Shown in pieces: positions 63,256 through 64,000 of a stretch of 64,000 bases of DNA. The stretch comes from an uncultured Vicinamibacteraceae bacterium (GTDB lineage: Bacteria; Acidobacteriota; Vicinamibacteria; Vicinamibacterales; UBA8438), in assembly GCA_964342695.1 (NCBI GenBank), contig CAYFFV010000012.1, forward strand, positions 2,547 to 66,546, in the 5' to 3' direction. The position numbers were made by a program, and so were the translations under genes. Numbering within the stretch: the stretch's first letter is position 1; every line of letters starts with the position of its first letter. The notes below the pieces were generated by a model. The model did no database searches, was not told the DNA's origin, and saw only the letters and a list, made by a program, of their open reading frames with translations.

Positions 63256-63319
63256 CGTGATTCCTTTCTTTAATTACCGAGTGAATAACAGAAAATATTT
63301 TCTGGGCTTTCTCTGTCCC

Positions 63320-64000
63320 CTAAAATCTAAAACGGGCTCCGAACTGCATCTCGCGAGCCAAACCTGCTCGAAATATGCGCCCAAAATTTGGTGTTCCAAA
63401 AAAACGGTTTGGAATACCAAAATTTGGAGCGTTCAAGACATTAAACACTTCCCAACGAAATTCGATAACGGAACCAGATTCGAGGTACCATGATTTCTGC
63501 AACGCAAGATCAATATTCGAAAAACTAGGCGCAAATACAATGTTGCGACCAGCGTCACCAAAAGTGAACCTATCCTGTAGCTGAAAAGCCTCTGTATTGA
63601 ACCATCGTTCTGACGTCCGCAAATGTCCGGGCAAATTCGGATCGCCAACAAGATTAGGTCGCTGCGCAGGCCCAGAACCAACATTCGCCCAATCTTCAGT
63701 TAGATTGACAGTAAAAGGAGCTCCGGTCTGAAACATCACGATTGCGTTGATACGCCAATCTTTAAGTAACTGTCCTCTCCAGCCAGTATCCGTGCGAAAG
63801 AAAGGAAACTCATAACTACCACTGGCAACAAACTGGTGTCGATGATCAAAGCTTGACAATGCTTCTTCACCTGGAAAAATATTCCGAACATCCTGCGGAA
63901 CGTTTGCCTCAAATGCAGTAGCTCCAGGACTTGAGGCATCGTCCTTGGAACGAGACAACGTATACGAAACATTAAAGGACATTAAATCCGTTAGACGACG
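63320..64000 (-). CDS. TonB-dependent receptor-type outer-membrane protein, C-terminal portion (5' end outside the window)
   Basis: The reading frame stays open beyond the listed Met to position 64000 (..RRLTDLMSFNVSYTLSRSKDD..). Beta-barrel strands and terminal MQFGARFRF. Confidence 0.75.
   Translation of the reverse strand, partial: RRLTDLMSFNVSYTLSRSKDDASSPGATAFEANVPQDVRNIFPGEEALSSFDHRHQFVASGSYEFPFFRTDTGWRGQLLKDWRINAIVMFQTGAPFTVNLTEDWANVGSGPAQRPNLVGDPNLPGHLRTSERWFNTEAFQLQDRFTFGDAGRNIVFAPSFSNIDLALQKSWYLESGSVIEFRWEVFNVLNAPNFGIPNRFFGTPNFGRIFRAGLAREMQFGARFRF

Noticed and set aside
1-64000. Mobile elements, CRISPR arrays, tRNA/rRNA genes, defence systems
   Set aside because: The largest non-coding gaps are about 190-280 bp (39735..39921, 40720..40944, 55503..55783). 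None shows tRNA-like conserved arms, repeat-spacer periodicity or terminal inverted repeats. No transposase, integrase, nuclease/helicase or reverse-transcriptase motifs were seen in any frame I read.

Overview
This is a densely packed chromosomal window of about 60 CDS from a diderm (Gram-negative-type) bacterium. I cannot assign its lineage from sequence alone. I saw no rRNA, tRNA, CRISPR array, transposase, integrase or prophage signal. All functional calls come from reading motifs in the supplied translations or my own; no database search was run.

Layout:
- 1-7.7 kb: minus-strand housekeeping genes (tatD fragment, metG, larC, dapF, an OM barrel, a CPBP protease, dtd, ttcA).
- 7.7-38.9 kb: a roughly 31-kb envelope glycan/lipid decoration supercluster. 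It holds three GT4 enzymes, an SDR epimerase/dehydratase, two paralogous GT-C membrane glycosyltransferases, an ArnC-like GT2, a DegT aminotransferase and a DedA/VTT protein. It also holds a UPF0104 flippase-like protein, a radical SAM/SPASM enzyme, two SAM methyltransferases, a GlpD-like flavoprotein and an AsnB amidotransferase. The acetylation genes are an MBOAT plus two AlgJ/AlgX-like proteins, an LbH acetyltransferase and two SGNH esterases. Two paralogous OM beta-barrels and several lipoproteins are interspersed. I see no Wzx/Wzy, ABC-type or synthase-type polymer assembly or export genes.
- 39-42.7 kb: an OM barrel, an IMPase and aroA-aroK.
- 42.7-50.2 kb: a System I cytochrome c maturation operon with non-canonical features. 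These are a Cys-type CcmE, a CcmF-CcmH fusion, two uncharacterised genes wedged between ccmF and ccmA, and no ccmG or ccmI.
- 50.2-64 kb: maf, DUF721, a thiolase, two exported beta-propeller proteins, recA with a near-consensus sigma70 promoter, ftsB, a cPLA2-like lipase, an M16 peptidase pair, an exported methyltransferase-fold protein, cytochrome c-prime and the 3' end of a TonB-dependent receptor.

Best candidates for something undescribed:
1. The polymerase-less decoration supercluster, especially its O-acetylation module of unknown target and the ~110-aa C-terminal module shared by two of its proteins.
2. The two unknown membrane proteins embedded in the ccm operon.
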